Shown here piece after piece: positions 12,685 to 24,504 of a stretch of 64,000 nt of DNA (its first letter is position 1; each line of letters starts with the position of its first letter). The DNA is from Dictyostelium discoideum (taxonomy: Eukaryota): assembly GCA_000004695.1 (NCBI GenBank), contig CM000151.3, positions 448,001 through 512,000 of the forward strand, read 5' to 3'. The notes beneath the pieces are model-generated. The model made no database searches and was not told where the DNA came from. It saw nothing but the letters and a program-made list of their open reading frames with translations. A program made the position numbers and the translations under genes.

Positions 12685-12719
12685 TTTGTGTTGTAACTGC
12701 TTTGGTTGTAAATCAAAAA

Positions 12720-12751
<32 letters not shown>

Positions 12752-12954
12752 CTCTTTATTTTTTAAAAATTTTGAGATTTAACAAGATTTCAAATTTGGT
12801 TTTTTTTTTTTTATTTATTCTTTTTTTTTTTTTTTTATTTTATTTCCAACAACATTTACTATTTATAAAAAAAAAAAAATAAAAAATAAAAAAAAAAAAA
12901 AAGAAATAAAATAAAAAAAAAAAATTTTAAAGAAAGAAAGAAAAAAAAAAAGTT

Positions 12955-13380
12955 GGTAATAAGTCCCAAAATTACCATAATAATTTCAGCCAGTTATTAG
13001 GCTGTATGGCTGCTGAAAATTACCATATTAATTTTGGCATGTGACAAATAAGATAAAAAAAAAGTATTAGAAAATTATAAATTGAAACAAATACAAAATA
13101 AAATGAAATCATTTAACAAAAAGAAATAAAAAAAAAAAAAGTTAAAAAAAAAAAAACAAGTATTAGAAACAAATGATAAAAATTTAAAACAAAATCAAAT
13201 GAAAAAAAAAAAAAAAATAAGTGTTATTGTCATTTAGATGCCAAGGAAATTAAAAATCTTAATTAAAAATCGAATACCAAAATTTATTTTTAAACAAAAT
13301 TTTATTAATAATTTATTAACTGAATGGTTAATTCTAATGTTGAGTAATATTTATTATTAAAAATGAAAAAATGAAAAAGG
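12955..13380. repeat. about 425-bp inserted segment in the B-to-A intergenic spacer, absent from the equivalent C-to-B spacer; contains internal direct repeats
   Basis: The spacers align on both sides (…aaaaaaaaaaagtt / aatttcatttaatttg…). Only this spacer carries the block beginning ggtaataagtcccaaaattaccataataatttcagc. A second copy gctgaaaattaccatattaattttggc lies about 40 nt further on. Three agtattagaaa-initiated about 45-bp units follow. Confidence 0.5.
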
Positions 13381-13459
13381 AATTTCATTTAATTTGAATT
13401 ATGTGAAAAGGATTTAGAATAAATTTATTTATTGAGAGTTTATTAATTTTTTATACTTT

Positions 13460-15048
13460 TTAATTATCTAAATATTTCAAAGTTATATTTTTTGGAATTT
13501 GAAATGGAATAATTGTTTGTTTTTGTTTCATTGGAATTATAATTTCACATACTGATTTAGGAATTGAATCAATAGTTAATTGTTTTATATCACATATTTC
13601 TAAGATTTTGACACCTTCTGGTATTATACCGGCGGTTAATTTTTGGTTGAATCCATCTAATAAATTAACATACTTTACAGATTTAGGAATTGAATCAATA
13701 GTTAGCTCTTGTTTTATGTCACCTAAAAACAAATTTTCCACACCTTCTGGTAATATACCTGCAGTTAATTTATGCTTGAATCCATCTAATAAATAAACAG
13801 ACTTTACAGATTTAGGAATCGAATCAATAGTTAAATCTTGTTTTATATCATATAAAGACAAATCTTCAATACCTTCTGGCAATATACCTGCAGTTAATTT
13901 TTGCTTGAATCCATCTATTAAATGAACAGAATTCACAGATTTAGGAATTGAATCAATAGTTAAATCTAGTTTTATATCACCTAAACTTAAAAAATTAACA
14001 CCTTCTGGTAATATACCTGCAGTTAATTTTTGGTTGAATCCATCCAATAAATAAACAAACTTTACAGAGCTAGGAATTGAATGAATAGTTAAATCTTGTT
14101 TTATATCACCTAAAAACAAAAATACAACACCTTCTGGTAATATACCTGCAGTTAATTTTCGATTGAATCCATTTAATAAATAAACAAACTCTACAGAGTT
14201 AGGAATTGAATCAATAGCTAAATCTTGTTTTATATCACCTAATAACAAATTTTTAACACCATCTGGTAATATACCTGCAGTTAATTTTTGATTGAATCCA
14301 TCTAATAAATAAACAGACTTTACAGAGCTAGGAATAGAATTAATAGTTAATTCTTGTTTTATATCACCTAAAAATAATCTATGAACACCTTCTGGTAATA
14401 TACCTTCAGATAATTTTTCATTGAACCCATCTAAAAGCATTACATTTAGAGGTATACTTTTTAAACTAGTTATACCTTTACAATTATTTCTAAATGCAAT
14501 ACCATCTTTATCATTGTTATAATTTTTTAGAAATGAGTGATTCTCTGAATAAATGTAATATTTTCTTGAAAGAACTAAATAATATATAAGTAAAGTTATT
14601 TAAATAATTAATCGATATGATCATATACATACATTTAAATATTAAATTATTTTCTTCTGATTCTATTATAAAATTACATTTGAAATTTTTGAAAATAACT
14701 TTATTAACTCCAATAATAAAATTAATAAAATTAATTTCATAATTATTATTATTATCATTATTTAAAAAGTCAGTAATATTATTATTATTATAGTTATTAT
14801 TATTATTATTTTTTAATGAATAAATTAGTTTTAAATTTTCTTTTATATTATTAATTAAATGATTATCGAAATCAATGGTCTGATCGTTGTATTCTTTAAA
14901 CATATTTATAATATCGATACTATTATTATTATTTAATAATGTCAATGATTGTTGATATTTTTTAATAATTTCAAATGTTTTTCCATCTATTGAATAATTT
15001 TCAAAATCATTTTTATTTTTGATAAAATCATTTATTTTATCAATAATT

Positions 15049-15137
<89 letters not shown>

Positions 15138-15289
15138 ATTAATTTGATCATTTTTGAAATCATTATTATCAACGTATATATGATTGTTATCATCAATTGA
15201 TGGATGAAAAAATGATTGAATTTGAAAAAGAACATCTGCTATTGGTCTTTCTTCAAGTTGTGATTTACCAATTGATAAATTATTATTAA

Positions 15290-15349
<60 letters not shown>

Positions 15350-15813
15350 ATAGTATTTCAATATCATTATTTATTGATGAATTTAAAGTTTCATTTATTA
15401 ATTGATTATTTTCAAATGTTGTTGTTAATTGTTTTTTAATATCAAAATCAATGATTGAGAGTATATCGTGAATTTTTTTAAATTCTTTTGTTACTAAAAC
15501 ATTATTATTGTTATATTGTAACTGAATTTTGTTATAAGTTTTATTTGATTCATTTAAAATAACTTCATTATTGCCTATTCTATCAATTATTTTGAAAATA
15601 TATTTCTTTAAAATTATTCATAAATAAAATAATCTCTTTTGGTGGAGAATCATCGATTTGTTTGAATTTATGACCATGATGTTTATTATTTATTGAAATA
15701 CATTCAATACAACATGGAATAAAGTTACAATCTAAACATAAAAGTATTAAATCCTTTTTTGTATGTATTATACATTTAGTATTTTTAAAATTATCATTCT
15801 CTTTTGATATCAT
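13460..15813 (-). CDS. B-box zinc finger / FNIP-repeat protein, copy B; 2 exons (15813..14633, 14574..13460), but with an apparent 2-nt frameshift near 15600 (possible pseudogene or sequence error)
   Basis: The start is [48 protein letters not shown] (B-box). The frame hits TGA after …[12 protein letters not shown]. Homology to copy A then continues in the +1 frame ([17 protein letters not shown]…). The phase-1 intron TTTAAAT|GTATGT…TTATTTAG|TT (58 nt) joins to a clean 13.5-repeat FNIP domain (13460..14440). Confidence 0.55.
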
Positions 15814-15855
15814 TTTGTGTTGTAACTGCTTAAAAAAAAAAAAAAAAAAAAAAAT

Positions 15856-15894
<39 letters not shown>

Positions 15895-16179
15895 CATAAT
15901 CTTTTAAAAATTTTGAGATTTAACAAGATTTAGATTTGGTTTTTTTTTTTTTTTATTTCTTTTTATTTATTTATTTTTTTCCAATAACAATTTTTTTTTG
16001 CAAAAAACAAAAACAAATAATAAAAAGAAAGAAATTAAAAAAAAAAAAAAAAAAAAAATAAATAATAAAAAGAAAAAAAAAAAGTTTTGGAAAATTAATT
16101 GGAAAACACTAAATTTCATTTAATTTGGATTATATAAAAAGGATATAGAATAAAATTTTTTATTGATGGTTAATTAATT

Positions 16180-16500
16180 TTTTTATCTTTTAATCTAAAC
16201 ATTTTAAAGTAATATTTTTTGGAATTTGGAAAGGAATAATTGTTTGTTTTAGTTTTCTTTGTTCACATACAGATTTTGGAATTGAATCAATTTTTAATTT
16301 TTGTTTTATATCACATATTTCTAAGATTTAAACACCTTCTGGAATTATGCCTTTAGTTAATTTTTGGTTGAATCCATCTTATAAATTAAAATACTTTACA
16401 GATTTTGGAATATAATCAATAGTTAAATCTTGTTTAATGTCACCTAAAAATTCAGAATTTTGTGACGACAACAAGGTTTGAGATTTAACAAGATTTAACT
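16180..16500 (-). pseudogene. truncated third copy (C) of the FNIP gene: last about 2 FNIP repeats fused directly to 5'UTR-like sequence
   Basis: Bases 16190-16440 match the 3' terminal repeats and 3' flank of copies A and B. Bases 16480-16500 carry the ttgagatttaacaagattt element. That element otherwise lies just upstream of the ATG of A (12775) and of B (15915). Confidence 0.5.
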
Positions 16501-16644
16501 TTGATGTGTTTTTTTTTTTTAAATGAATATTATTTTATATATTAAATTCAAATTATAATAATTTTCTTTTTATTTTAAGTTTATTATTCGTTTATTTATT
16601 TATTTTTTTTTAAATTAATTAATTTTGTGGTTTATTTATTTATT

Positions 16645-16681
<37 letters not shown>

Positions 16682-16710
16682 CTTTTTTTGACTTTTTTTT
16701 TTTAAATTAA

Positions 16711-19089
16711 TTAATTTTGTGGTTTATTATAACAAATATGTTGCCATAAAATTTGATCAGGTAAAGGAGAACGAGTATTATTTAAATGTTGTTGCTCATT
16801 ACGGAAAACTATATTGAAACGATGTAAACGTTCATGTTCAATATGACGAGTATTGTATTCTCTACAAATCCATTTTCCAAGACCCATTCTAATTGTTTCA
16901 AAACTTCCACCACTATTTAAATTTTCATAAACTTTAAACCAACGATGATTACCGATACAGTCAGGATAAGGATTTGGTTTTTCACGTGTATAAGGCTCGA
17001 CATTTGGTATCCAAGTGAATAAACCTTGATTATTCCAAAGTTCAACAAGAGTTCCATCATCAAGCTCACCTTCAAAAGTGTACCACCAATGTTGTGCTGG
17101 TGGTCTTGGTGAAAACATTGACCACATTTGATCCATTCTAGTCATAAATACTAACCAATTGATAGATTGTGGTAATGTCACTGGTATACCACAATTCACA
17201 TTATTACAATTCCAACCCAATGCAAATATTATACCCATAACCGCACAAACATTAAATAATAAACCTTTAAACATTCTTTTAACTCTTTTATTTCTAATTA
17301 ATTTACGTTGATAATTACAATTAATTTCATTTTCTTCTTCACTTTTTAATAATGCATATTCATTATTATTTTCTTCACTATTATTATTGTTATTATTATT
17401 ATTATTATCGATGATATCTTCATTACTACTATCTAGTAGAGTACCATTTAAAAGTTCATTACGTTTTTGTAATAGTTGTTGTTGTTTTTGATTTTGAATT
17501 TGTTGAATTTGAGTTTGTTGTTCTTTAGTTAATGATTTTGGCTTTAGTACTAGGATATCATCAGAAATGAAAACAATGATTCTTTCCATCAACTTCAATA
17601 CTTTTTTACCATACAATGTCACCAATGGTAATTCTAAAACTGAAACCAATGGCCAAAGTATTGGTGACACTTTACAAACTGATACCATTGCTTTATAACC
17701 AGTATATTGATTACCTTTAATATCTCTTGTAATTATCCAATTATTTAATTGTTCATTAATATGATCATTTTGATTTGCACCATCATTTATATCATTACCA
17801 TTATTAACATTATTATTATTACCAATTAAACCACTTGGTGAAAAGATATTATGTAATCCATTATTAGTTTGAATGAAACAACATTCTTGATCAGAGAAAA
17901 TTGGAGTTGGTGAAATTTCAACGTCTGGTAATAAGAGAAATGTTGAAACCAATGCTGTTATGTTATACCCATGACGACCATTGTAATAAATTTTGAAATC
18001 TGTTCTTTCACGAGTTCTTAAATAGTTGAATAGTTTATCCCAAAACCAAGTTGGATAAATTATCAATGTACCAGTTGCACAAGTTGGACTGAAAATACCT
18101 AACCTCATGAAAGCACCGAACCCAATATGTAACATTGTGAACCCAAATGCACCCAATGCTCTAATTTGTGCTGTGAAAACTGGTGAAAAGAATAACACCG
18201 ATCCAAATCCTTCATAATACAATACAAGTATAGTCATTAACTTTAAAGCATTTGGAAATTCAATAATATAGTCAACTAAAAATGTACGGAAATAGTCTAA
18301 TTGTAATGCATAATATGATGCAGTATAATCAACTCTCCATTCATCTCCAGTTTTATGTACATATGAAAATACATATAAAAATATAACTTGACAAATTATT
18401 GAAAATGTTACTTTTTTTAAAATATATATATACATTAGTAAGATAATAATAATAAATTAATTAATTATTATATTAAATAATTTACTTACCAAAATTAGTT
18501 AAAACAAATTTCTTTTTTTCTAATCTTAAAACTGGTCTTTTGAAAGCACTATCAATTGAAAAAACAGAACCTAATGGAAGAAAGATACCAAAGAATGAAA
18601 TTACTCTTAGATAAACATCACCACCATGACCAACAACATTATTTCTGGCTTGTAATGAAATTACAAAAAGGTAATGTAAAAACATATTAAGTCTTGAACG
18701 ATACCCAATAGTTAATAAAAAGCAAACTAGTATATTAATTAAAAATAAAATTTGAATACCTTCAATTGATCCAATCATCATATGAAATGAAAACCATGAT
18801 TTATTCCAAAATACTTCTGAAACTGTTGATCTTGGTAAAATTCCTTCATCTAAAAAAAAAAATTAAAAAATTAATATATATTTTTAAATATTTTATATAG
18901 ATATGTTATAACATATTTACCAGAATAATGAGCTTTAATATCAGGCCATCTTTCAATTATATCGTACATTCCGATTAAGCCAATGCATACTCTAAAAGCA
19001 GCCAAAGCTCTTTTATCAACTCCAAACATTGTTTGGAATTTAGAGACTGGCGTAATTGGTTGCTTTTTGTTTACAACCCCTAATCCCAT
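16711..19089 (-). CDS. HTTM-domain protein (vitamin K-dependent gamma-carboxylase-like transmembrane domain); 3 exons (19089..18921, 18849..18490, about 18410 or 18386..16711)
   Basis: The exon 1 donor is TCTG|GTAAAT. The acceptor is TTTTTTTTTAG|ATGAAGG and the frame is restored (…HYSG-DEGILPRSTVSEVFW…). The exon 2 donor is TTTG|GTAAGT. Exon 3 enters in frame at either of two AG sites. HTTM-like segments are KRALAAFRVCIGLIGMYD, LQARNNVVGHGGDVYLRV and HKTGDEWRVDYTASYYALQLDYF (compare VKGC KKLDADWVEGYSMEYLSL). Confidence 0.7.
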
Positions 19090-19382
19090 TTTTAATTCGA
19101 TTATTTTTGTAAAAGTTTTCTTTTTTTTTTTTGAAAAAAAAAAAAAAATTAAAAGATTAAATATAAATTTATAAATATATATAAATATATATAAATAGAT
19201 TTTTTTTTTTTTTTTTTTATCTATGGAATTATTGCAGATAAAAAATTATGTGAATAATTATTGTAATAAAATTAGAAAATTAAAAAAAAAATTAAAAAAA
19301 ACAAAATTATATTATTAAATTTATTTATATTAATTTTTTTTTTTTTTTTTTGAAAAAATGAAATAATTTACAATGGAGAAAA

Positions 19383-19431
19383 AAAAAATAAAAATAAAAA
19401 TAAAAATAAAAATAAAAATAAAAATAAAAAT
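19383..19431. repeat. (AAAAAT)n microsatellite
   Basis: aaaaataaaaataaaaat… about 8 units in the HTTM/trm61 intergenic region. Confidence 0.8.
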
Positions 19432-20084
19432 GTTATGATTATATAATTGTTTTATATTTTTTATTTATTATTAATTTTTTTTTTTTAATTGGTTTTTTTT
19501 TTTTTTTTTTTTTAATATTATTTTTTTTTTTTTTTAAAAATAAATAAAAAAAAAAAAAATGTTTTTGATAGTGGGGGGAAATTCTCACAATGTATAAGTG
19601 TATGAGAAAGAATATTATATACCTAATTAAGATAATTAAAACATTGAAATTTCGTTGTAAAATGTCTCTGTGTGTGAGTGTGTGTGAAATTATTTGTTTT
19701 TTTTTTTTTTTTTTTTTATAGTATGTGCGCAAAAAAAAAAAGCAATTAAAAAAAAGAAACAATCCTTAAAGTTAAATATATTACATTATTAAAAAAAAAA
19801 AAAAAAAAATAAAAAAAAATAAATAAAAAAAAAATTTTAAAAAATTTATAAAAAACAAATTAAATTAAAAAAAGGGGTTGTTTAACTTTGTGATTACAAT
19901 TTTTTTTTTTTTGTATCATTAATAAATGATAGATCGTTATTGGTGGGGTTTTTATTTTTATTTATTTTTTTTTTTTTTTCAACACACTATTTTTAGGATT
20001 AATTAAATTATGAATTTTGAAAGGTCCACTTTTAGAATTATTTACAAAAAAAAATAATTAAAATAATTAAAAAAAAAAAAAAAA

Positions 20085-20123
<39 letters not shown>

Positions 20124-20340
20124 ATATATTTATATTATTGTTATTTGTTTTTCATTTTCTAATTATATCTCTTTTTTTCACAAAAAATAAAAATAATTAA
20201 AAATAAATAAATAAAAATAATTAATTTATTTATATATTTATATTATTTGTTTTTCATTTTCTGATTATATCTCTTTTTTTTTCAAAAAAATAAAAAAATG
20301 AAAATAAAAAAATAAAAATAAATTAATTTATTTATAAATT
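20124..20340. repeat. about 108-bp tandem duplication (2 copies) 160-380 bp upstream of the TRM61 start
   Basis: atatatttatattatt(g)ttatttgtttttcattttct[a/g]attatatctcttttttt…caaaaaataaaaa occurs at 20124-20195 and again at 20232-20305 with the same following context. Confidence 0.6.
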
Positions 20341-20349
20341 TAATCAAAA

Positions 20350-20384
<35 letters not shown>

Positions 20385-20499
20385 AAAAAAAATTCGTAAT
20401 TTGACGAATCAGAAAAAAAAAAAGTAGTTTGTGTGATATTTTTTTATTTTTATTTTTAAATTTTTAGAGAGATATAAATAAATTTAGAAAAAAAACAAA

Positions 20500-21346
20500 A
20501 TGTTAAATCCAAATAAAATTATTAAAGAAGGTGACAGAGTTGTTATGTATAATGGAAAAGATAATATGGCAGTATTAACAATGGAATCAAACAATGTATA
20601 TAATAGTAAATTTGGAAGTTATCGTCACAAGAATATAATTGGTAAAGAGTATGGCTCGAAATTAAGCTCTGATAATGGTAATGGATTTTGTCATGTTATA
20701 GCAATGACACCAGAACTTTGGAGTATCACATTAGATCATCGTACACAAATTTTATTCAACCTCGATATCTCTACCATTATCTTCAATTTAGAATTAAAGA
20801 ATGGTTCAAGAGCAGTCGAAAGTGGTACTGGTAGTGGATCACTCTCAAGTTCAATAGCACGTACAATCGCACCAAAGGGTCATTTATTTACATTTGAATT
20901 TCATGAAGAACGTGTTAAATTTGCAAGAAAAGATTTCAAAGATAATGGTTTAGATCAATACATCACAGTCACACATCGTGATGCTTGTGGAAAAGAAGGT
21001 TTCCTTCGTCAAGATATAAATAATGATATTGATGCTGTATTTTTAGATTTACCATCACCATGGGATGCTATTGAAAATGCTATAGCTGTTATGCATGATG
21101 GTTCAATGTTATGTTCATTTTCACCATGTATTGAACAAGTAAGTAAATAAATATATACATATATCATTAAAAATATATATATAAATACTAATTTTTTTTT
21201 TTTTTTTTTTTATTAGGTTCAAAATACATGTTTAAAATTAGCAGATTCTAAATTTCAAGAAATTAAAACTATTGAAGTTTTAATTCGTACATTTGATACA
21301 AGATTACAAGAATATGAAGAATTAAATTTAACAAATCCATATATAG

Positions 21347-21379
<33 letters not shown>

Positions 21380-21516
21380 TTGAAGAAAATAGAGGTAAAT
21401 TTGAAATTGGTGGTATTGAAGGATTAAAAAAAGATAAATTATTATCAAAACCATTCACTGAAGCACGTGGTCATACTGGTTATTTAACATTTGCACGTTA
21501 TTTACCAAATGCTTAA
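20500..21516 (+). CDS. tRNA (adenine58-N1)-methyltransferase catalytic subunit TRM61/GCD14; 2 exons (20500..21138, 21217..21516)
   Basis: Matching segments are PELWSITLDHRTQILFNLDISTII, ESGTGSGSLSSSIARTIAPKGHLFTFEFHEERV and DAVFLDLPSPWDAIENA. The intron falls exactly at FSPCIEQ|GTAAGT…TATTAG|VQNTC (phase 0, 78 nt). The C-terminus is ARGHTGYLTFARYLPNA*. Confidence 0.85.
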
Positions 21517-21595
21517 AAATAAAAAATAAAAAAAAATAAAAAAAATAAATAAAAAATAAAAAAAGACACATATATTATTTATTATTTTTTTATTT

Positions 21596-21819
21596 TTATT
21601 TTCCAGCTTTAAATACCCAAACTTTACCTTTAGCTTCAGCTAATTCAGTTAAAATTTGAATGAAAATATTTTGAGGTATTTCAACATAATTTGTATCCAT
21701 TTTTTCTCTTAATAAATTTATAATATCATCTTTCTTTAAACCACCACTCTTATTAAATGCTTCTAAAATAATATCACGATACTAAAAAAAAAAAAAAAAA
21801 AAAATGTATTAGTTTTTTT

Positions 21820-21858
<39 letters not shown>

Positions 21859-23672
21859 GTTATTATTAATAAATTAATACTTACTTTATCAACTTTTTGA
21901 TTACCAGTTGTTTTTAAAACATAACTATAACGAACTATTGTTGCCATTTTCTTTAATTGTTCATCAACCATTTTATCATTAACTTGATTTAATAAATTAT
22001 TTTCAGTTTTTAAATCTCTTTGTGATGCTATATATTGTTTAATGAGTTCAATTGAACAAACACCTTGTTGTTTAAAGAAATTGTATAAAAGGAAGAGTAA
22101 TTGATGTTCAACAGTTTTACCTTCACGATAATTACTTGGAATTCTTGGAAATCCAAATATTGAATGTCTATTTGGATTTGTTAATTCTTTAACTTTATCC
22201 AAGAGTTCTTTTCTTGAATTTTCGTCTGTGAATTGTTGATTGAATTTATCGACAGTGTAAGGATTACGATCGATGAAATCATCATCTGCTTGTTTCTTTA
22301 AAAACCATCTACGTGATTTGTTATCTAAATCTGATATTTTAGATAACAATTCTCTAGCATCTTCAAAAGAGATACCAGTATCTTTGCAAAATTCTTTCTT
22401 GTCAATACCATAATCACTATCGAAAAATTGAAGTAAAAGATAGTTTCTACCAATTTCTAAATCAGAGTCTTTAGTGACAAATTCTGACTTTACCACCCAT
22501 CTACCTCTGATTAACACTGCATAGGTTTCAAGATGTTCAATGATTTGATGATCCATTAAACCACGTTTAACAGCTTGACTAACCAATTGATGGATTTTTG
22601 TATATGGTACAACGTGACCATTGGTCATGATGGTTTTAATTTGTAATGCTAATGACATTTTATGTACAGTTTCCAATGAAACAGTCTCGTGAATATAGGC
22701 TGCCTTTGATACCCATTCGTCAGGTACACGTGGACATAACATATCGAAATATTGACTTTCATTCAAATCGTACTTTATATCAGTGTAAATATCTTCACAT
22801 TGAAGTTTTTCAAATTGTTTTATTAATTCACCATCAAATTCATCATCTACTAAATTCACTTTTATCCATTGTTCTTCATTTTCAATTTGTTTTATAATAT
22901 TTGGTTGTTGATTTGCTGCTGATACCTTTGCACCTGCTTTTTTAAATTGCATTGACGCAATTTTATTTAATGGATCAATTGATTGTCCATTACCACCACC
23001 GCCACCACCATTACCACTTTCTTCATCTTGTTCATCATCATCTTTTGTGTCTTGTTTTTTACGTAACTTTTCTTCTTGCCATTTATCATCGAAATAATTG
23101 AATTGTGGACGTAATTGAATGATCGATTGTAATGGTGTTAAATGTAATTCATTACTTTTCATTAACCCGATTGCATAGTTTGTACGATGTGATACAGTGG
23201 TTGATGATAATGTATATTTGGTGGTTTTAGTTTGTGCATCTGGATTATAATTATCTGAATCTGGATCAATTGATAAATCCATTTCAACTTTTTGTTGCTT
23301 TGGTTTAATTCTAAGTTCTTCCAATTTACTCATATCATAAGGTCTCCATGGTTGTCTTAATGGATATTGAAATAAATATAAATAATCTGATAATGATTGT
23401 GATAAATAAACTGGTATTTCATGTATAACATAATCTTCTTCTTCTTCCTCTTCTTCAACTCCATTTATTATTACTTTGGTTTTTGGTGGTGGTGGTATTT
23501 TCTCTTCTTCATATTCATCTAATTCATCCAATTCAATTGTTGCTTTATCTGTATTTGTATTTGTTGTTGTTGTTGTAGTTGTAGTTGTAGTTGTTGTTTT
23601 TTGTGGTGATTTTGTTGTTTCTGTCATATCAATATCTTTTGGTTCATTTATTGTTGTTGACGATGCGTCCAT
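21596..23672 (-). CDS. DNA-directed RNA polymerase III subunit RPC5 (POLR3E-like); at least 2 exons (23672..21885, 21781..21596)
   Basis: DYVIHEIPVYLSQSLSDYLYLFQYPLRQPWRPYD…IKPKQQKVEMDLSIDP…ELHLTPLQSIIQLRPQFNYFD aligns to the RPC5 N-terminal signature. The donor is GTTGATAAA|GTAAGT and the acceptor is TTTTTTTAG|TATCGT (103-nt intron, phase 0). The terminal exon ends …AEAKGKVWVFKAGK*. Confidence 0.8.
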
Positions 23673-23755
23673 CTTTAATTAAATAATATCCCACAATTTT
23701 TACAAAAATGAAAATTAATGAAAATGAAAAAAAAAGTTTTATACGAAATTTTTCG

Positions 23756-23789
<34 letters not shown>

Positions 23790-24139
23790 TTTTTTCATTT
23801 TTTTTTATTTTTTTATTTTTTATTTTATTTTTTTTTAACAATCATCATTAATTTTATTTTTAATATGGATTTAGTATAGATAAATAGAGAACTCAAAAGT
23901 AAACAAAATGATATAAAATATAAAAAAAATGAATTTGATCATTCAAATAGATTAATAAAAAAAAAAAAAAAAAAAAAACTTTTTTTATTCAAATATTTAA
24001 AAATCTTTTACTTGGTTATTTTGTTTTTTCCTTTTTAATTTCAAAATTGGCAAATAATGAATGTTTTCTTTTTTATTATTCGATATTTTTTTAAGGTGAT
24101 GGATTAATTGTTTAAAAAAAAAAATGATTTGAAAATTCT

Positions 24140-24330
24140 AAAAATTGAGGAGAGTAATTAAAATTAAAAGAATACAAAACAACTGATGTGGTGGAGGTTT
24201 AATATTAATTGAGTCATTGGTATGTTCTCCAGTGGTTGTACTTATAGTTCCAATTATGGTTGTGTTGAAGTTGTAGTTGATAGGGACCAGGGTACATACA
24301 AATAGCTGCAAGTCTTGACGAACTTCAATT
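24140..24330 (-). pseudogene. duplicated 3'-terminal fragment (Thr-rich stalk plus hydrophobic tail) of the upstream gene at 24505..25932
   Basis: Minus-strand translation gives …TTTGEHTNDSINIKPPPHQLFCILLILITLLNF*. Compare the parent C-terminus …TTGGGKKHTSNSINSKKSVSLPLLLCILLVLITLLNL*. Both 3' flanks begin gagtaattaaaa[t/c]taaaagaataca. Confidence 0.5.
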
Positions 24331-24504
24331 TATTAATCCATCTGAAAAGCATCAAATAAAAAGAGCAAAAATAGAACACAGGAAATCCGATAAATAAATA
24401 CCTTTTTTTGGTATATTCTCATTATATTATTATATTAAATAATTTAAAAAAAAAAAAAAAAAAAAAAAATTATAAAAAACAGTTTTTATTTTTTTTTTTT
24501 TATT

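Noticed and set aside
19439-19762. Track ORF MFLFFNCFFFLRTYYKKKK… in the HTTM/TRM61 intergenic region; also 30158..31374 small ORFs.
   Set aside because: These are poly-K/F translations of A/T runs with no coding periodicity. The regions are divergent or intergenic promoters.
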